A stretch of DNA of 33,921 nt from a bacterium (GCA_041640455.1 JBEQAF010000004.1:1-33921); one strand, 5' to 3'; numbered from the stretch's first letter, positions 1 to 9,949 are shown. Numbers and translations are program-made. The notes: generated by a model not told the origin, from the letters alone.

Positions 1-220
1 TTGTATAATGGGAGATTGATTTGATATATTTCGACAGCCTGATGCCATCTATCTTGGGCATTATGTAGTCAAAAATAAACAGATCATATTTTATATTTCT
101 TGCAAGATTAAGGGCTATAAGACCATCCTGAGCTGTATCAACCTCATAGCCATAATTTTTTAAAATGTCAGAATAAAATTCGAGATAAAAATCATTATTA
201 TCAGCTACAAGACACTTCAA
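1..220 (-). CDS. Response regulator receiver-domain protein, N-terminal part (runs off window edge)
   Basis: Not in ORF track. TTG at 218-220 preceded by GGAG; manual translation MKCLVADNNDFYLEFYSDILKNYGYEVDTAQDGLIALNLARNIKYDLFIFDYIMPKIDGIRLSKYIK shows receiver hallmarks (A.DG, phospho-Asp DYIMP, DG). Confidence 0.85.
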   Translation of the reverse strand, partial: MKCLVADNNDFYLEFYSDILKNYGYEVDTAQDGLIALNLARNIKYDLFIFDYIMPKIDGIRLSKYIKSISHYT

Positions 221-262
221 TCTATTCTCCCCTTTCCCATACTACCTTTTTAGAAAATCAGA

Positions 263-1174
263 TTATATTTTATAAAACTCTACCCTGTTTCTTCCAGAGT
301 TTTTTGCCCGATAAAGGGCTTCATCTGCAAATTTTACCATATCTTCAGGATTCTTAATATCTACATCTGGATAACTTACGCATCCCAGGCTAATGGTAAT
401 CTCTCCTGCGTTAGCCATGTTTGCAAAACGGTGGCTTTCCACAGCTTTTCTAAGCCTTTCTGCCTCTTTTAATGCCCCCTCAAAACTCGTATGAGGGAGA
501 AGCAATACAAACTCCTCACCACCGTATCTGGCAAAAACATCGTGTTTCCTGATATTGTGCTGGAGTATATGAGCTATCTCTGCAAGGACAGAATCTCCCA
601 CCAGATGCCCGTATTTGTCATTAACCTTTTTAAAAAAATCAAGATCTATCATAATTAAGGATATGCTGGTATGATATCTCTTCGCTCTCTCAAACTCTTC
701 TGTTAATCTTGTGTAAAAATATCGGTGATTATAAGCACCAGTTAGCCCATCAGTAATAGCCAGTGTTTCCAAGATTTTATTTTTTTCCTTTATCTCTTCC
801 TGCAGTTCCTTAAGTTTTATAAGCCCCTTCATCTTAGCTATCAGTATCTCTGTCTCAAAGGGCTTGGTAATATAATCATTAGCACCCAGATTAATCCCCT
901 CAATAACATCTTCCTTTTCACTTTTTGCAGTTAAAATAATTACAGGGATATCAAACTTTTTTTCATTACTTCTAATACTTTTAAGCACATCAAAGCCAGA
1001 CATATGGGGCATCATCACATCAAGAAGTATAAGATCATAGTTTTCGGCATCAATTTTAGTCAGCCCTTCAGCTCCAGAGTTTGCTGTGTCAACCTCAAAG
1101 TGGTTTAGAGTAAGTAGCAGCTTTATCATTGATAAAAAATCTTCATCGTCATCAATAACCAGTATTTTACCCAT
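263..1174 (-). CDS. REC-GGDEF diguanylate cyclase (response-regulated)
   Basis: N-terminal receiver (VIDDD, LLDVMMP, LTAK, YITKPF), then TDGLTG, DLDFFKKVNDKYGH, RxxD I-site (RKHD) and GGEEF active site. Confidence 0.93.
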   Translation of the reverse strand: MGKILVIDDDEDFLSMIKLLLTLNHFEVDTANSGAEGLTKIDAENYDLILLDVMMPHMSGFDVLKSIRSNEKKFDIPVIILTAKSEKEDVIEGINLGANDYITKPFETEILIAKMKGLIKLKELQEEIKEKNKILETLAITDGLTGAYNHRYFYTRLTEEFERAKRYHTSISLIMIDLDFFKKVNDKYGHLVGDSVLAEIAHILQHNIRKHDVFARYGGEEFVLLLPHTSFEGALKEAERLRKAVESHRFANMANAGEITISLGCVSYPDVDIKNPEDMVKFADEALYRAKNSGRNRVEFYKI

Positions 1175-2027
1175 TTTTAATCTGCCTTTTTAAATAATCT
1201 AAAATACTTTTAGTCTCAACGGTCTTCCCTGTCCAGAGCTTAAAACTTTCTACCCCCTGATATATGAGCATATACAGACCATCTACTGCGTCAATCTGAT
1301 AATTCTGCGCCTCCCTTACAAAAGGTGTTTCATTTTTGGAATAAGCCATATCAAAGACCTTGCAATAAGGGGGTACATATTTTACATCTATTGGAAGATT
1401 TTCTCCCTGAAGCCCCAGCGGTGTAGCATTAATGAGCAGATGTATAGGCTCGGTCTTAAAAATTCTGTTTATCTCACCCCATTCAATAATTTTGAGCTCC
1501 AAATTTAAAAAATCTTTTGCCCATCTTACAAGATCAGTTTCTCTTTTTTTGCTTTTAAGTACCACATAGATTTTCTCTCCGCCAAGCTTTTTTATTCCGT
1601 AAATAGCCGCCCTTGCACCTCCTCCACCTCCAAGCACGAGAGCCGTCTTTTCTGTCATATCAGAAATATTCAGCACATCTCTTATGACATTTATTACTCC
1701 CCAGATATCGGTATTATAGCCATATTTCTTTCCATCCTTGAAATGAATAGTATTTACTACCTGAATCTCCTTAGAAGCTGCACTTAATACATCACAGCAT
1801 TTATAAGCCTCTTCCTTGAAAGGAATAGTGATATTTAACCCTACAAGATTTCTTATTACTTCTGCACCTTTTATAAAGCTTCTAAAATGATTTTCGTCAA
1901 CTTCAAAGGCAACATAGATATAATCAAGATTAAGGCTCTCGATAATATAATTCTGAAATAGAGGCGAAAGGCTGTGTAAGACCGGATTTCCAGCGATACC
2001 AAGTATTTTTTTATAATTTTGCATCAT
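1167..2027 (-). CDS. aroE: Shikimate dehydrogenase
   Basis: HSLSP, GLNITIPFK, VNT, GYNTD, GGGGGARA, INATPLG, DGLYMLIYQG motifs. Confidence 0.93.
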   Translation of the reverse strand: MMQNYKKILGIAGNPVLHSLSPLFQNYIIESLNLDYIYVAFEVDENHFRSFIKGAEVIRNLVGLNITIPFKEEAYKCCDVLSAASKEIQVVNTIHFKDGKKYGYNTDIWGVINVIRDVLNISDMTEKTALVLGGGGGARAAIYGIKKLGGEKIYVVLKSKKRETDLVRWAKDFLNLELKIIEWGEINRIFKTEPIHLLINATPLGLQGENLPIDVKYVPPYCKVFDMAYSKNETPFVREAQNYQIDAVDGLYMLIYQGVESFKLWTGKTVETKSILDYLKRQIKNG

Positions 2028-3784
2028 ATATCATGTATCCCCATGGTTGCTGCTGAGATTCTTAGCTCAGGAATTATCTCTACTGCTTTTTTGATAAATG
2101 CTTTTCCATCCTGATCTCCAGCAAGTAAAAGGTTTGCACCCACGTCAAAAAAGCAGTATGCATAGATGGATTTTGCCTTTTCTGTGTCAAGATCTTTAAG
2201 CTCATAAAAATTTTCAAAGCCTCTTACCACCATATAATCAAAAAGCTCTTTTTTGGGCGCTCTTGGCTCCTGAGAGTAGGTATAAACCAGACCATCAGGA
2301 ACAAAGATCATGCCCGGTATCAGAACAGAAAACTTGGTTGAATAATCAATATGTACCCTTCTCTGGACAGAAATATCTTTAACAAGAAATCTTATGGCAT
2401 TCTCCTGATTAAAGTTTGCACCCCACATGTAATAGAGTTTATTTTTCTCAATCAGATTAATCTTATCAGGTTCATTCCAGTACCAGTAGGCATCAATATG
2501 AGGAGTATGAACAAGAGCCACATCTGTCCTGTATCTTTCTACCCTCTGCAGATACCATAGCGGAAAAGCACCGCTATCACCCCATGTAAATAAAGCCGAG
2601 TTCCTCTCACAGGATTTGAGCACGTTTCTGGCATAATCGTAGGCTATATAATAGTCAGACCAGTCATTTTTCTTAAAATTATAATAAAACATACTGCTGA
2701 AGATTATCAAAGTAATGGCAATTAAAGAATATAAGTGTTTTATTCCGGCTTTATTAATAATCTGAGCCAGTTCAAAAATCGCAGCGCCTACAAAGATAGA
2801 TAAAATCAGATAACCTGGAGAGTGAAAGCTTTCCAGAAGAAATATGTTTTCCGGTATAGGATTACCATAAAAGACTACACCCACATTCAGAATAAGCAGA
2901 AATATTAAGGCTACAGCTATAAAATCTTTAATCTTTTTCACCGACATGATAAAGCCAAAAATTATCATAAAGAGACTTATAATCCCGAACTCCCTGTATA
3001 GATTAAAACTGCCGAGTTGTTCAAAGAAAAGACTTAGAGACCTTTCTGGTCCTGGCACCTTATAACCTTCTCTTAATATTACCCAGAGGAACTGGGTTAA
3101 AAACTGCGGATCCCCCCACACAAGGGCATTTGTCTGCCATGCCCTGAAAGGCAGATATAAAAGGGTAGATAAACCAAGAAAAACAAAAAAGATGCCTAAA
3201 AAAATCTGTCTAATATCCATGAGAATTTTTCGTTCTTTTACAAAGGCAAAATAAATAATCACTGGCGCAAGAACAAGAGATGTATAGTGTGCCACAATAC
3301 CCAGCCCTAATAAAAAGCAGGCAAGGTAGAGAAACTGTCTTTTTGATGTATTTTTATATTTAAAGCAACATAAAACTGCCAGTGATATAACAAATGTAGA
3401 CAGACAGTAAACCTCAGCAACTACAGCCTGAGACCAGTGAGTAAAGCTTAAGGAAAAGGTAATGGAGGAAGCCAGAGCTACAAGCTCTTTTTTTTCGTAG
3501 TCCTTAAACACCTCTAAGGCAATAAGATAAAGATTCAATGCGCACAGAGCACCGAATACTGCAGAAAACAGTGATACCTTTAATGCTGCACTGCCAAAGG
3601 GGATATATTTGAAAATATGGGACATGAGAACAAACATTGTATAACCAGGTGGATGGGCTATGCCAAGTGTGTAGGAAGCCGATATCAGCTCTCCACTATC
3701 AAAAAAACTTACCTGCGGACAAAGAGTTATAATATATACCAGAAAGGGAATAAAAAAAGCCAGATGAATGGTGATTTTTTTCAT
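2024..3784 (-). CDS. DUF2723 / TMEM260-like multi-pass membrane protein (putative GT-C glycosyltransferase)
   Basis: DSGEL, LGIAHPPGY, WSQAVVAEVY, WGD..FPLWYLQ..E..RTDV motifs; many hydrophobic segments. Confidence 0.8.
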   Translation of the reverse strand: MKKITIHLAFFIPFLVYIITLCPQVSFFDSGELISASYTLGIAHPPGYTMFVLMSHIFKYIPFGSAALKVSLFSAVFGALCALNLYLIALEVFKDYEKKELVALASSITFSLSFTHWSQAVVAEVYCLSTFVISLAVLCCFKYKNTSKRQFLYLACFLLGLGIVAHYTSLVLAPVIIYFAFVKERKILMDIRQIFLGIFFVFLGLSTLLYLPFRAWQTNALVWGDPQFLTQFLWVILREGYKVPGPERSLSLFFEQLGSFNLYREFGIISLFMIIFGFIMSVKKIKDFIAVALIFLLILNVGVVFYGNPIPENIFLLESFHSPGYLILSIFVGAAIFELAQIINKAGIKHLYSLIAITLIIFSSMFYYNFKKNDWSDYYIAYDYARNVLKSCERNSALFTWGDSGAFPLWYLQRVERYRTDVALVHTPHIDAYWYWNEPDKINLIEKNKLYYMWGANFNQENAIRFLVKDISVQRRVHIDYSTKFSVLIPGMIFVPDGLVYTYSQEPRAPKKELFDYMVVRGFENFYELKDLDTEKAKSIYAYCFFDVGANLLLAGDQDGKAFIKKAVEIIPELRISAATMGIHDI

Positions 3785-4701
3785 AAAAGCACTGCCTCTG
3801 CCTTGTTGATATCTTCCTTTATCTGAAGCTTCAAAGCTTCAACACTATCAAACTTTTCAATGCCTCTTAGCCTCTCCACAAACTCTACCCGTAGCTCTTT
3901 TCCGTAAATATCTCTGTCAAAATCGAGGATATGCACCTCAAATGACGGTGAATCAATATGAAAGGTAGGGGAAGGTCCTATACTAACCACAGCTTTAAGG
4001 CGCTCTTCTCCCAGATAGGCATAGGCAACATAAACACCCTTTCTTGGAATAAGATAATCTGTTACAAGGAGGTTAGCGGTAGGAAATCCAAGCATTCTAC
4101 CTATTTTTCTACCTTTTATTACAATCCCTTTAATAGAATAAGCTCTGCCTAAGAAGTTATTTGCCATCCTTATATTACCCTCTTTAATCAGCCCTCTTAT
4201 TTTAGTGGAGCTGATTATTATATCCTGATCCTTGTAAGGAGATACCACGATTACTTCAAAGCTATATTTTTCACCAAACTGCCTCAACAGCTCCACATCT
4301 CCCGTCTTATTAGCTCCAAAACGAAAATTATACCCTATAACTATTTTTTTAACAGCAATCTTTTCAACAAGGATTTCTGTGATAAAATTTTCTGCGGAGA
4401 GCGAGGAAAAACTATCGTCAAATTTCAACACATATACATAGCCTATGCCGAGCTTCTCAAAAATATCCACCTTGTCAGCTAAAGGAGTAATCTGCTCTAT
4501 CTTCATATAAGGGTTAATAATTGTAAGCGGGTGTGGATAAAAGGTTAGTATGGCTGGGCTACCATCTATTTTTTTGCTTTCTTCAAGAACCGCCTTGATC
4601 AGCTCCTGATGCCCCCTATGGACACCATCAAAATTTCCAACGGCAATAACGGGTTTATTAATCTGCTCTATATTATTAAAATTTTCAAACAGCTTAATCA
4701 T
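3781..4701 (-). CDS. ribF: Bifunctional riboflavin kinase / FAD synthetase
   Basis: GNFDGVHRGH, TFYPHP, NFRFG, ISSTKIR, GRMLGFPTAN, EVHILDF, LRGIEKF. Confidence 0.96.
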   Translation of the reverse strand: MIKLFENFNNIEQINKPVIAVGNFDGVHRGHQELIKAVLEESKKIDGSPAILTFYPHPLTIINPYMKIEQITPLADKVDIFEKLGIGYVYVLKFDDSFSSLSAENFITEILVEKIAVKKIVIGYNFRFGANKTGDVELLRQFGEKYSFEVIVVSPYKDQDIIISSTKIRGLIKEGNIRMANNFLGRAYSIKGIVIKGRKIGRMLGFPTANLLVTDYLIPRKGVYVAYAYLGEERLKAVVSIGPSPTFHIDSPSFEVHILDFDRDIYGKELRVEFVERLRGIEKFDSVEALKLQIKEDINKAEAVLL

Positions 4702-4762
4702 ACTCAGGCAATTTTATCAATATTTTTCAAAAAATAAAAATAATTTGTGGAGGCTAAGGATG

Positions 4763-5227
4763 CTAAACTGTGGACTTTCTTTCTGAAATCATTTTCTGAA
4801 TCATTCTATTATGATTAATGAGATCCTGATTCATAAAATCAAGAAGCTCTTTTATATTTTTATCTTTTGACTGAATAATCTTGAAAATTCTGCCTTCCAG
4901 AATGGTCTGTTCAATGTCTCTTGATACAATCAGTGCGGAAAAGGAGTTTATCTTCCCTCTTTTAACCTTTTCCAGATTTGCCGTTATGTTATCAATGGTT
5001 GTGTTTATCACCACAGGGTATATATCCTTTGTTACAGTAAAAAGAAGCGGTGCTTCCTTCATTTTTTTGATAATCATGTCAACAATCTTTGCGTGAACCT
5101 CTTCCTCTTTACTGCGTTCCTACCAGAAACCCGCATCCAAAGGAAACTTTTTTGCGAAATAACTATATAGCTCTGCAAGCTTCAGCTCAAGCTTTTTCTG
5201 TATCTCAAAAATTTTAACCAGATCCAT
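4763..5227 (-). pseudogene. Ferritin-like (rubrerythrin-type) four-helix protein interrupted by an in-frame TAG (pseudogene, read-through or sequence error)
   Basis: Frame extends upstream of the listed 5077 ATG to ATG 5227: MDLVKIFEIQKKLELKLAELYSYFAKKFPLDAGFW*ERSKEEEVHAKIVDMIIKK; TAG at 5120-5122 (codon 36); E-x6-Y and ExxH motifs flank the stop. Confidence 0.7.
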
Positions 5228-5234
5228 AAGCTGA

Positions 5235-5264
5235 ATTATATTAAAATCGGGATTATTAAAACAA
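5235..5264 (-). promoter_or_regulatory. Putative sigma70 promoter of the ferritin-like gene (near-leaderless)
   Basis: TTGTTT-18-TATAAT; the -10 ends 7 nt before ATG 5227; no Shine-Dalgarno. Confidence 0.4.
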
Positions 5265-5266
5265 GA

Positions 5267-6034
5267 TTAAAATTTATTTATATCTTTTTTTAAAGATATT
5301 AAAAAAATTATAATGATACCAGCAATGAAAAATCCGGCGCTAATTAGCTGTGCTACAGAAAAGCCATAGTAAATATTTCTTGGATCTCCTCTGAAAAACT
5401 CTACAAAAAATCTGATTATGCCATATCCGGTTAGGTATACACCAAGTTTTAATCCTTCTTTAGTTATCTTCTTTCTTGTTGTAAATAGAACAAAAAACAG
5501 AATCAGATTAAGCAGGGCTTCGTAAAGCTGGGTTGGATGAATAGGAATATTTTTTGGTGCCAGAGATAGAGAATGATTAAATTTAACTGCCCATGGCAGC
5601 TCGCAGATTCTACCATAACAACAGCCTGCAGAAAAACAGCCCAGTCTGCCAAAGAAATGGGCAAGCGGGACAAATATGACCACCGCATCAACAGCCCTAA
5701 GTATGGGTATATTTTTTCGCTTAAATAAAATTAATGTAAATGGAACAGCAACCAGTATACCGCCGTGAAAAACGAGCCCACCCTTCCAGATCCTGAAAAA
5801 CTCGAAGGGGTCTTTGATGAACTCCTCAGGAAAATATAAAACATAAAATATCCTGCTTCCTATAATCCCGATCCAGATTGCCCAGAAAAGTGTATCAACT
5901 ATTAATTCACCATTAAGATTTACCCTCTCACACTCCTTCCTGGTAAGAAAAAGGGCAATAATTATGCCGATAGCGATAAAAAGACCGTAAGTATGAATAC
6001 CAAAATTGCCTATCCTGATGATTTCTGGAAACAT
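5267..6034 (-). CDS. lgt: Prolipoprotein diacylglyceryl transferase
   Basis: YG, GSRIFYV, IWKGGLVFHGG, GRLGCF..GCCYG, HPTQLYE, RFFVEFFRGD. Confidence 0.95.
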   Translation of the reverse strand: MFPEIIRIGNFGIHTYGLFIAIGIIIALFLTRKECERVNLNGELIVDTLFWAIWIGIIGSRIFYVLYFPEEFIKDPFEFFRIWKGGLVFHGGILVAVPFTLILFKRKNIPILRAVDAVVIFVPLAHFFGRLGCFSAGCCYGRICELPWAVKFNHSLSLAPKNIPIHPTQLYEALLNLILFFVLFTTRKKITKEGLKLGVYLTGYGIIRFFVEFFRGDPRNIYYGFSVAQLISAGFFIAGIIIIFLISLKKDINKF

Positions 6035-6513
6035 CAGATAATATGCTCCTTCTTAAATATTTGAAAATAAAAGATAAAAGCTATACCTATGGTTATAAAT
6101 GTGTCTGCCATATTAAATACAGGCCAGTGGAAGGTTCTATAATAAACTTCAATAAAGTCCACCACTGCACCGTGAAAAAGCCTGTCATATAAATTTCCAA
6201 GCGCACCACCCATGATAAATCCAAACATTACTGCTCTCTTTGAAGAATTATCTTTAAGAGCATAAAACATATAAATAAGTACAGCTATTGCTATAATTGT
6301 AAATACAAGCAGGACATACTGCTTTATATCTCCACCGTCGTGAAACAAGCCAAAGGCTATTCCTTTGTTCTCCACAAAGGTGAGATTTAAAAACGGCAAT
6401 ACCCTTACTATTTCACCTGGAAAAAAGCTTTTTTTTACAATAACCTTTGTAAGCTGGTCTATGATAAAAACTAAAGCGGAGATACCATAAAATAATATAT
6501 TGTATCTAAGCAT
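6034..6513 (-). CDS. lspA: Lipoprotein signal peptidase II
   Basis: DQLTK, NKGIAFG, GALGNLYDR, VVDFI, WPVFNMAD. Confidence 0.96.
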   Translation of the reverse strand: MLRYNILFYGISALVFIIDQLTKVIVKKSFFPGEIVRVLPFLNLTFVENKGIAFGLFHDGGDIKQYVLLVFTIIAIAVLIYMFYALKDNSSKRAVMFGFIMGGALGNLYDRLFHGAVVDFIEVYYRTFHWPVFNMADTFITIGIAFIFYFQIFKKEHII

Positions 6514-9271
6514 TCACCACATCTCTGCATCTTTTACAGATACCGGGGTGATTTTCATCGGCTCCCACAGTGGTATCGTATACCCAGCAACGTTCACATT
6601 TACTACCTTCCGCAGTTTCAATATCCAGACTGATGCCGCTCTCTTCTCCTTTATAATAACCCTTACCAGTATCTGAGATTATAAGCTGAGAAACTATAAG
6701 AATCTCCCTGAGCTCTTCAAAATAAAAGCTCAGCGTATCTCTCACACTATCATTTATATATAAAACTATCCTGGCATCCAGAGAATGTCCTATAATCTTT
6801 CTCCTTCTCGCATCTTCAAGGGCTTTCTGAATATCTTCTCTAATTACAAGCAGCTTGTTAAATTTATCTTCATAATCTTCGTCGAAGAAATGCTCTGGCA
6901 GATTATCAAAGCTTTCAAGTAGAATGGTTTCCTTCTTACCTTTAAGGTTAAAATGTTCCCAGACCTCATCGCAGGTAAATGAAAGTATGGGGGAGAGCAG
7001 AAGCGCCAGCGTTTTTGTAATCTCATAAACAACCGTCTGGGAAGCCCTTCTTTTTCTATCATTTGATGCGAGAACATACATCCGGTCTTTCAGAATATCC
7101 AGATAAATGGCACTCAGATCTTTAGTGCAGAAGTTGTGGATACTATGGAATACTGTGTGAAATTCATAATTTTGATAGGATTTTCTGACCTTTCTGTCCA
7201 GCTTGTAAAGCCTTGTGAGAATAGACCTGTCAAGAGCAGAGAGGTTTTCATAGCTAACATAATCCGTCTCGGGATCAAAATCACTTAGCACTCCGAGCAT
7301 ATATTTAAAGGTGTTTCTAACTCTTCTGTAAGAATCAACCAGTCGATTCAAGATCTCCTGAGATATCCTTATATCTTCCCGATAGTCTTCTGATGCAACC
7401 CAGATTCTAAGTATTTCAGCCCCGTATTTGGATATTATTTCCTGAGGAGAGATAACATTTCCCAAAGATTTTGACATCTTCCTTCCCTCAGCATCAACTA
7501 CAAAACCGTGGGTAAGAACTGATCTATACGGCGCTCTGTTGTAAGCCACACAGCTTGCGAGCAGAGAGCTGTGAAACCATCCACGATGCTGATCCGATCC
7601 TTCAAGGTACATATCAACAGGATGTTCCAGCCCATACTTTTTCAGATAGGAGAAGCTAACCCCTGAGTCAAACCAGACATCAAGAATGTCTTCCTCTTTT
7701 CTAAAACTCTTGCCTCCGCATTTACTGCATGTTCGTTCTCCTAAAAAGTAGGCTGCATCTTTCTCAAACCAGATGTCTGCACCATGCTTTTCAAACTCAT
7801 CGGCAACTCTATTTATCAGTTCGTAATCCAGAAGATAAGAGTGGCAGTCATTACAGTGAAAGGCAATTATGGGCACTCCCCAGGATCTCTGTCTTGATAT
7901 ACACCAGTCCGGTCTACCTTCAATCATATTGTAAATTCTATCTCTACCCCAGGAAGGGATCCATCTAACCTTATCAATCTCATTAAGAGCAGTTTTTCTT
8001 AAGTCTGAATTATCCATAGATACAAACCACTGCTCCTCTGCCCTGAAAATTATAGGCTCCTTACATCTCCAGCAGTGCGGGTAGGAATGAGATATTTTCT
8101 CCGATGCTATTAATTTACCAAGCTCTTTAAGCTTTAATACTATCTTATCATTGGCATCGAAAACCTTTTCACCAGCAAAATATTTTACATTTTTATGAAA
8201 TTTTCCCTCTGCATCAACGGGGGCATAGACCTCAATACTGTGTTTTAATCCCAGCTCATAGTCTTCCTGTCCATGACCGGGAGCGATATGCACACAGCCC
8301 GTACCTGTATCAAGGGTTACAAAATCGGCTGTTAAAACCTTAGAATCCACATCTTCGAGTGGATGTTCGCATATAAGCCCAAAAAGCTTTTCTCCTTTAA
8401 ACTCTTTTATAATCCTGAAGTTTCCCGAAATATATTTTGTAAAAACGTCAACCAGCTCTTTGGCAATGATAAGTACTTCTCCTGAAACCTCAATAGCCAC
8501 ATATTCAAACTCAGGATGAACAGCCACAGCCCTGTTTGCAGGCAGAGTCCATGGAGTGGTAGTCCATATTACTATGCTTACCTTTTTCCCAATTAACTCT
8601 TCAGAAAGTTTAGAAACATCTGATTTAACAGGAAATTTTACATAAACAGAGGGAGAAGTATGGTCTTCATATTCAACTTCAGCCTCAGCAAGAGCAGTAT
8701 TGCAGGATATGCACCAGTAAACAGGTTTTTTACTACGGTAAACTACCCCACTTTTAACAAATTTTGCAAACTCCCTCACAATATTTGCCTGATAATCATA
8801 AGCCATTGTAATATAAGGATTTTCCCAATCGCCTACAACTCCCAGCCTTTTAAACTCTTCTGCCTGAATCTTTACATATTTTTCTGCATAATTTCTGCAG
8901 AACTTTCTTATCTCAAGCTTGTTAATATCTTTCTTGTTTTTTCCGATATTTTTTTCAGCCTGAAGCTCTATGGGCAGTCCATGGCAATCCCATCCAGGGA
9001 TATAGGGGGTATCGTAACCCTCTTTGAAATAGTATTTAACAACCATATCTTTAAGTATCTTATTAACCGCATGTCCTATATGAATCTGTCCGTTTGCATA
9101 TGGTGGACCGTCATGCAAATGAAACATGGGCTTATTCTTTCTTTCATCTCTCATTTTTTTGTAAATATTTAGCTGTTCCAATTTTCTTAGCCTTTCCGGC
9201 TCGTTCTGAGTGAGATTGGCTTTCATGGGAAAGCCCGTGTTTGGCAAATTCAGCGTTGACTTGTAATCCAT
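6506..9271 (-). CDS. ileS: Isoleucine-tRNA ligase (type 1)
   Basis: LHDGPPYANG, HIGH, GWDCHGLP, WTTTPWTLP, EGSDQHRGWF, KMSKS, C-terminal CERCW..CKRC zinc site. Confidence 0.98.
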   Translation of the reverse strand: MDYKSTLNLPNTGFPMKANLTQNEPERLRKLEQLNIYKKMRDERKNKPMFHLHDGPPYANGQIHIGHAVNKILKDMVVKYYFKEGYDTPYIPGWDCHGLPIELQAEKNIGKNKKDINKLEIRKFCRNYAEKYVKIQAEEFKRLGVVGDWENPYITMAYDYQANIVREFAKFVKSGVVYRSKKPVYWCISCNTALAEAEVEYEDHTSPSVYVKFPVKSDVSKLSEELIGKKVSIVIWTTTPWTLPANRAVAVHPEFEYVAIEVSGEVLIIAKELVDVFTKYISGNFRIIKEFKGEKLFGLICEHPLEDVDSKVLTADFVTLDTGTGCVHIAPGHGQEDYELGLKHSIEVYAPVDAEGKFHKNVKYFAGEKVFDANDKIVLKLKELGKLIASEKISHSYPHCWRCKEPIIFRAEEQWFVSMDNSDLRKTALNEIDKVRWIPSWGRDRIYNMIEGRPDWCISRQRSWGVPIIAFHCNDCHSYLLDYELINRVADEFEKHGADIWFEKDAAYFLGERTCSKCGGKSFRKEEDILDVWFDSGVSFSYLKKYGLEHPVDMYLEGSDQHRGWFHSSLLASCVAYNRAPYRSVLTHGFVVDAEGRKMSKSLGNVISPQEIISKYGAEILRIWVASEDYREDIRISQEILNRLVDSYRRVRNTFKYMLGVLSDFDPETDYVSYENLSALDRSILTRLYKLDRKVRKSYQNYEFHTVFHSIHNFCTKDLSAIYLDILKDRMYVLASNDRKRRASQTVVYEITKTLALLLSPILSFTCDEVWEHFNLKGKKETILLESFDNLPEHFFDEDYEDKFNKLLVIREDIQKALEDARRRKIIGHSLDARIVLYINDSVRDTLSFYFEELREILIVSQLIISDTGKGYYKGEESGISLDIETAEGSKCERCWVYDTTVGADENHPGICKRCRDVVNA

Positions 9272-9949
9272 TTATATCCTCTCCCTGTAGGGTATTTTAT
9301 CCTCATATCCTGCTTCTCTAAACCCTTTAAGCCTCAGAAGACAGCTATCACACTGCCCGCAAGCATAATCCTCATCTTTATAGCAAGACCATGTAAGATC
9401 CAGAGGGCTTCCGAGATGAATGCCTATTTTTACAATCTCCGCTTTTGTTTTGTGAATCAGCGGTGTAACTATTTTAATACCGCTTTCTGGTTTTGTCCCT
9501 TTAGCTATGGCATCCTGAAAGGCATTGTAAAAAATCTCTCTACAGTCAGGGTAACCGGAGCTATCCTCTTCTACGGCACCGATATAGATCTTTTTTGCCC
9601 CTATCACCTCTGCCCATGAAGTGGCAATACAAAGAAGGTGAGCATTTCTGAAGGGCACATATGTTAAGGGAACTCCTTCCTTTATCCCCTCAACAGGTAC
9701 CTCAATGCTTCTATCTGTCAGGGCGGAACCGCCTATCTGACTGAAATAGCTCAGATCTACCACAAGCCTTTTAAAAGGTTTAAAAAAATCACACAGGTCA
9801 TTAAAGGCTTTTAGCTCTCTACTCTGGGTTCTTTGTCCATAGTTAATATGAAGAAAGGCAAGACTGCAGTCTATAGCCGCAATAGACGCAGTTACGCAGC
9901 TATCCATTCCACCTGAAACCAGAACAACAGCAATATCTCTCCTGCACAT
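9272..9949 (-). CDS. queC: 7-cyano-7-deazaguanine synthase
   Basis: SGGMDS, YGQR, TYVPFRN, SGYPDCR, TWSCY..ACGQCDSCLLR. Confidence 0.96.
   Translation of the reverse strand: MCRRDIAVVLVSGGMDSCVTASIAAIDCSLAFLHINYGQRTQSRELKAFNDLCDFFKPFKRLVVDLSYFSQIGGSALTDRSIEVPVEGIKEGVPLTYVPFRNAHLLCIATSWAEVIGAKKIYIGAVEEDSSGYPDCREIFYNAFQDAIAKGTKPESGIKIVTPLIHKTKAEIVKIGIHLGSPLDLTWSCYKDEDYACGQCDSCLLRLKGFREAGYEDKIPYRERI

Noticed and set aside
5120..5122. Genome-wide TAG reassignment
   Set aside because: ileS, phoU and pstA end in TAG at their expected C-termini, so TAG is a normal stop here.
9265..9280. T-box leader for ileS
   Set aside because: The queC stop abuts the ileS ATG; there is no leader.
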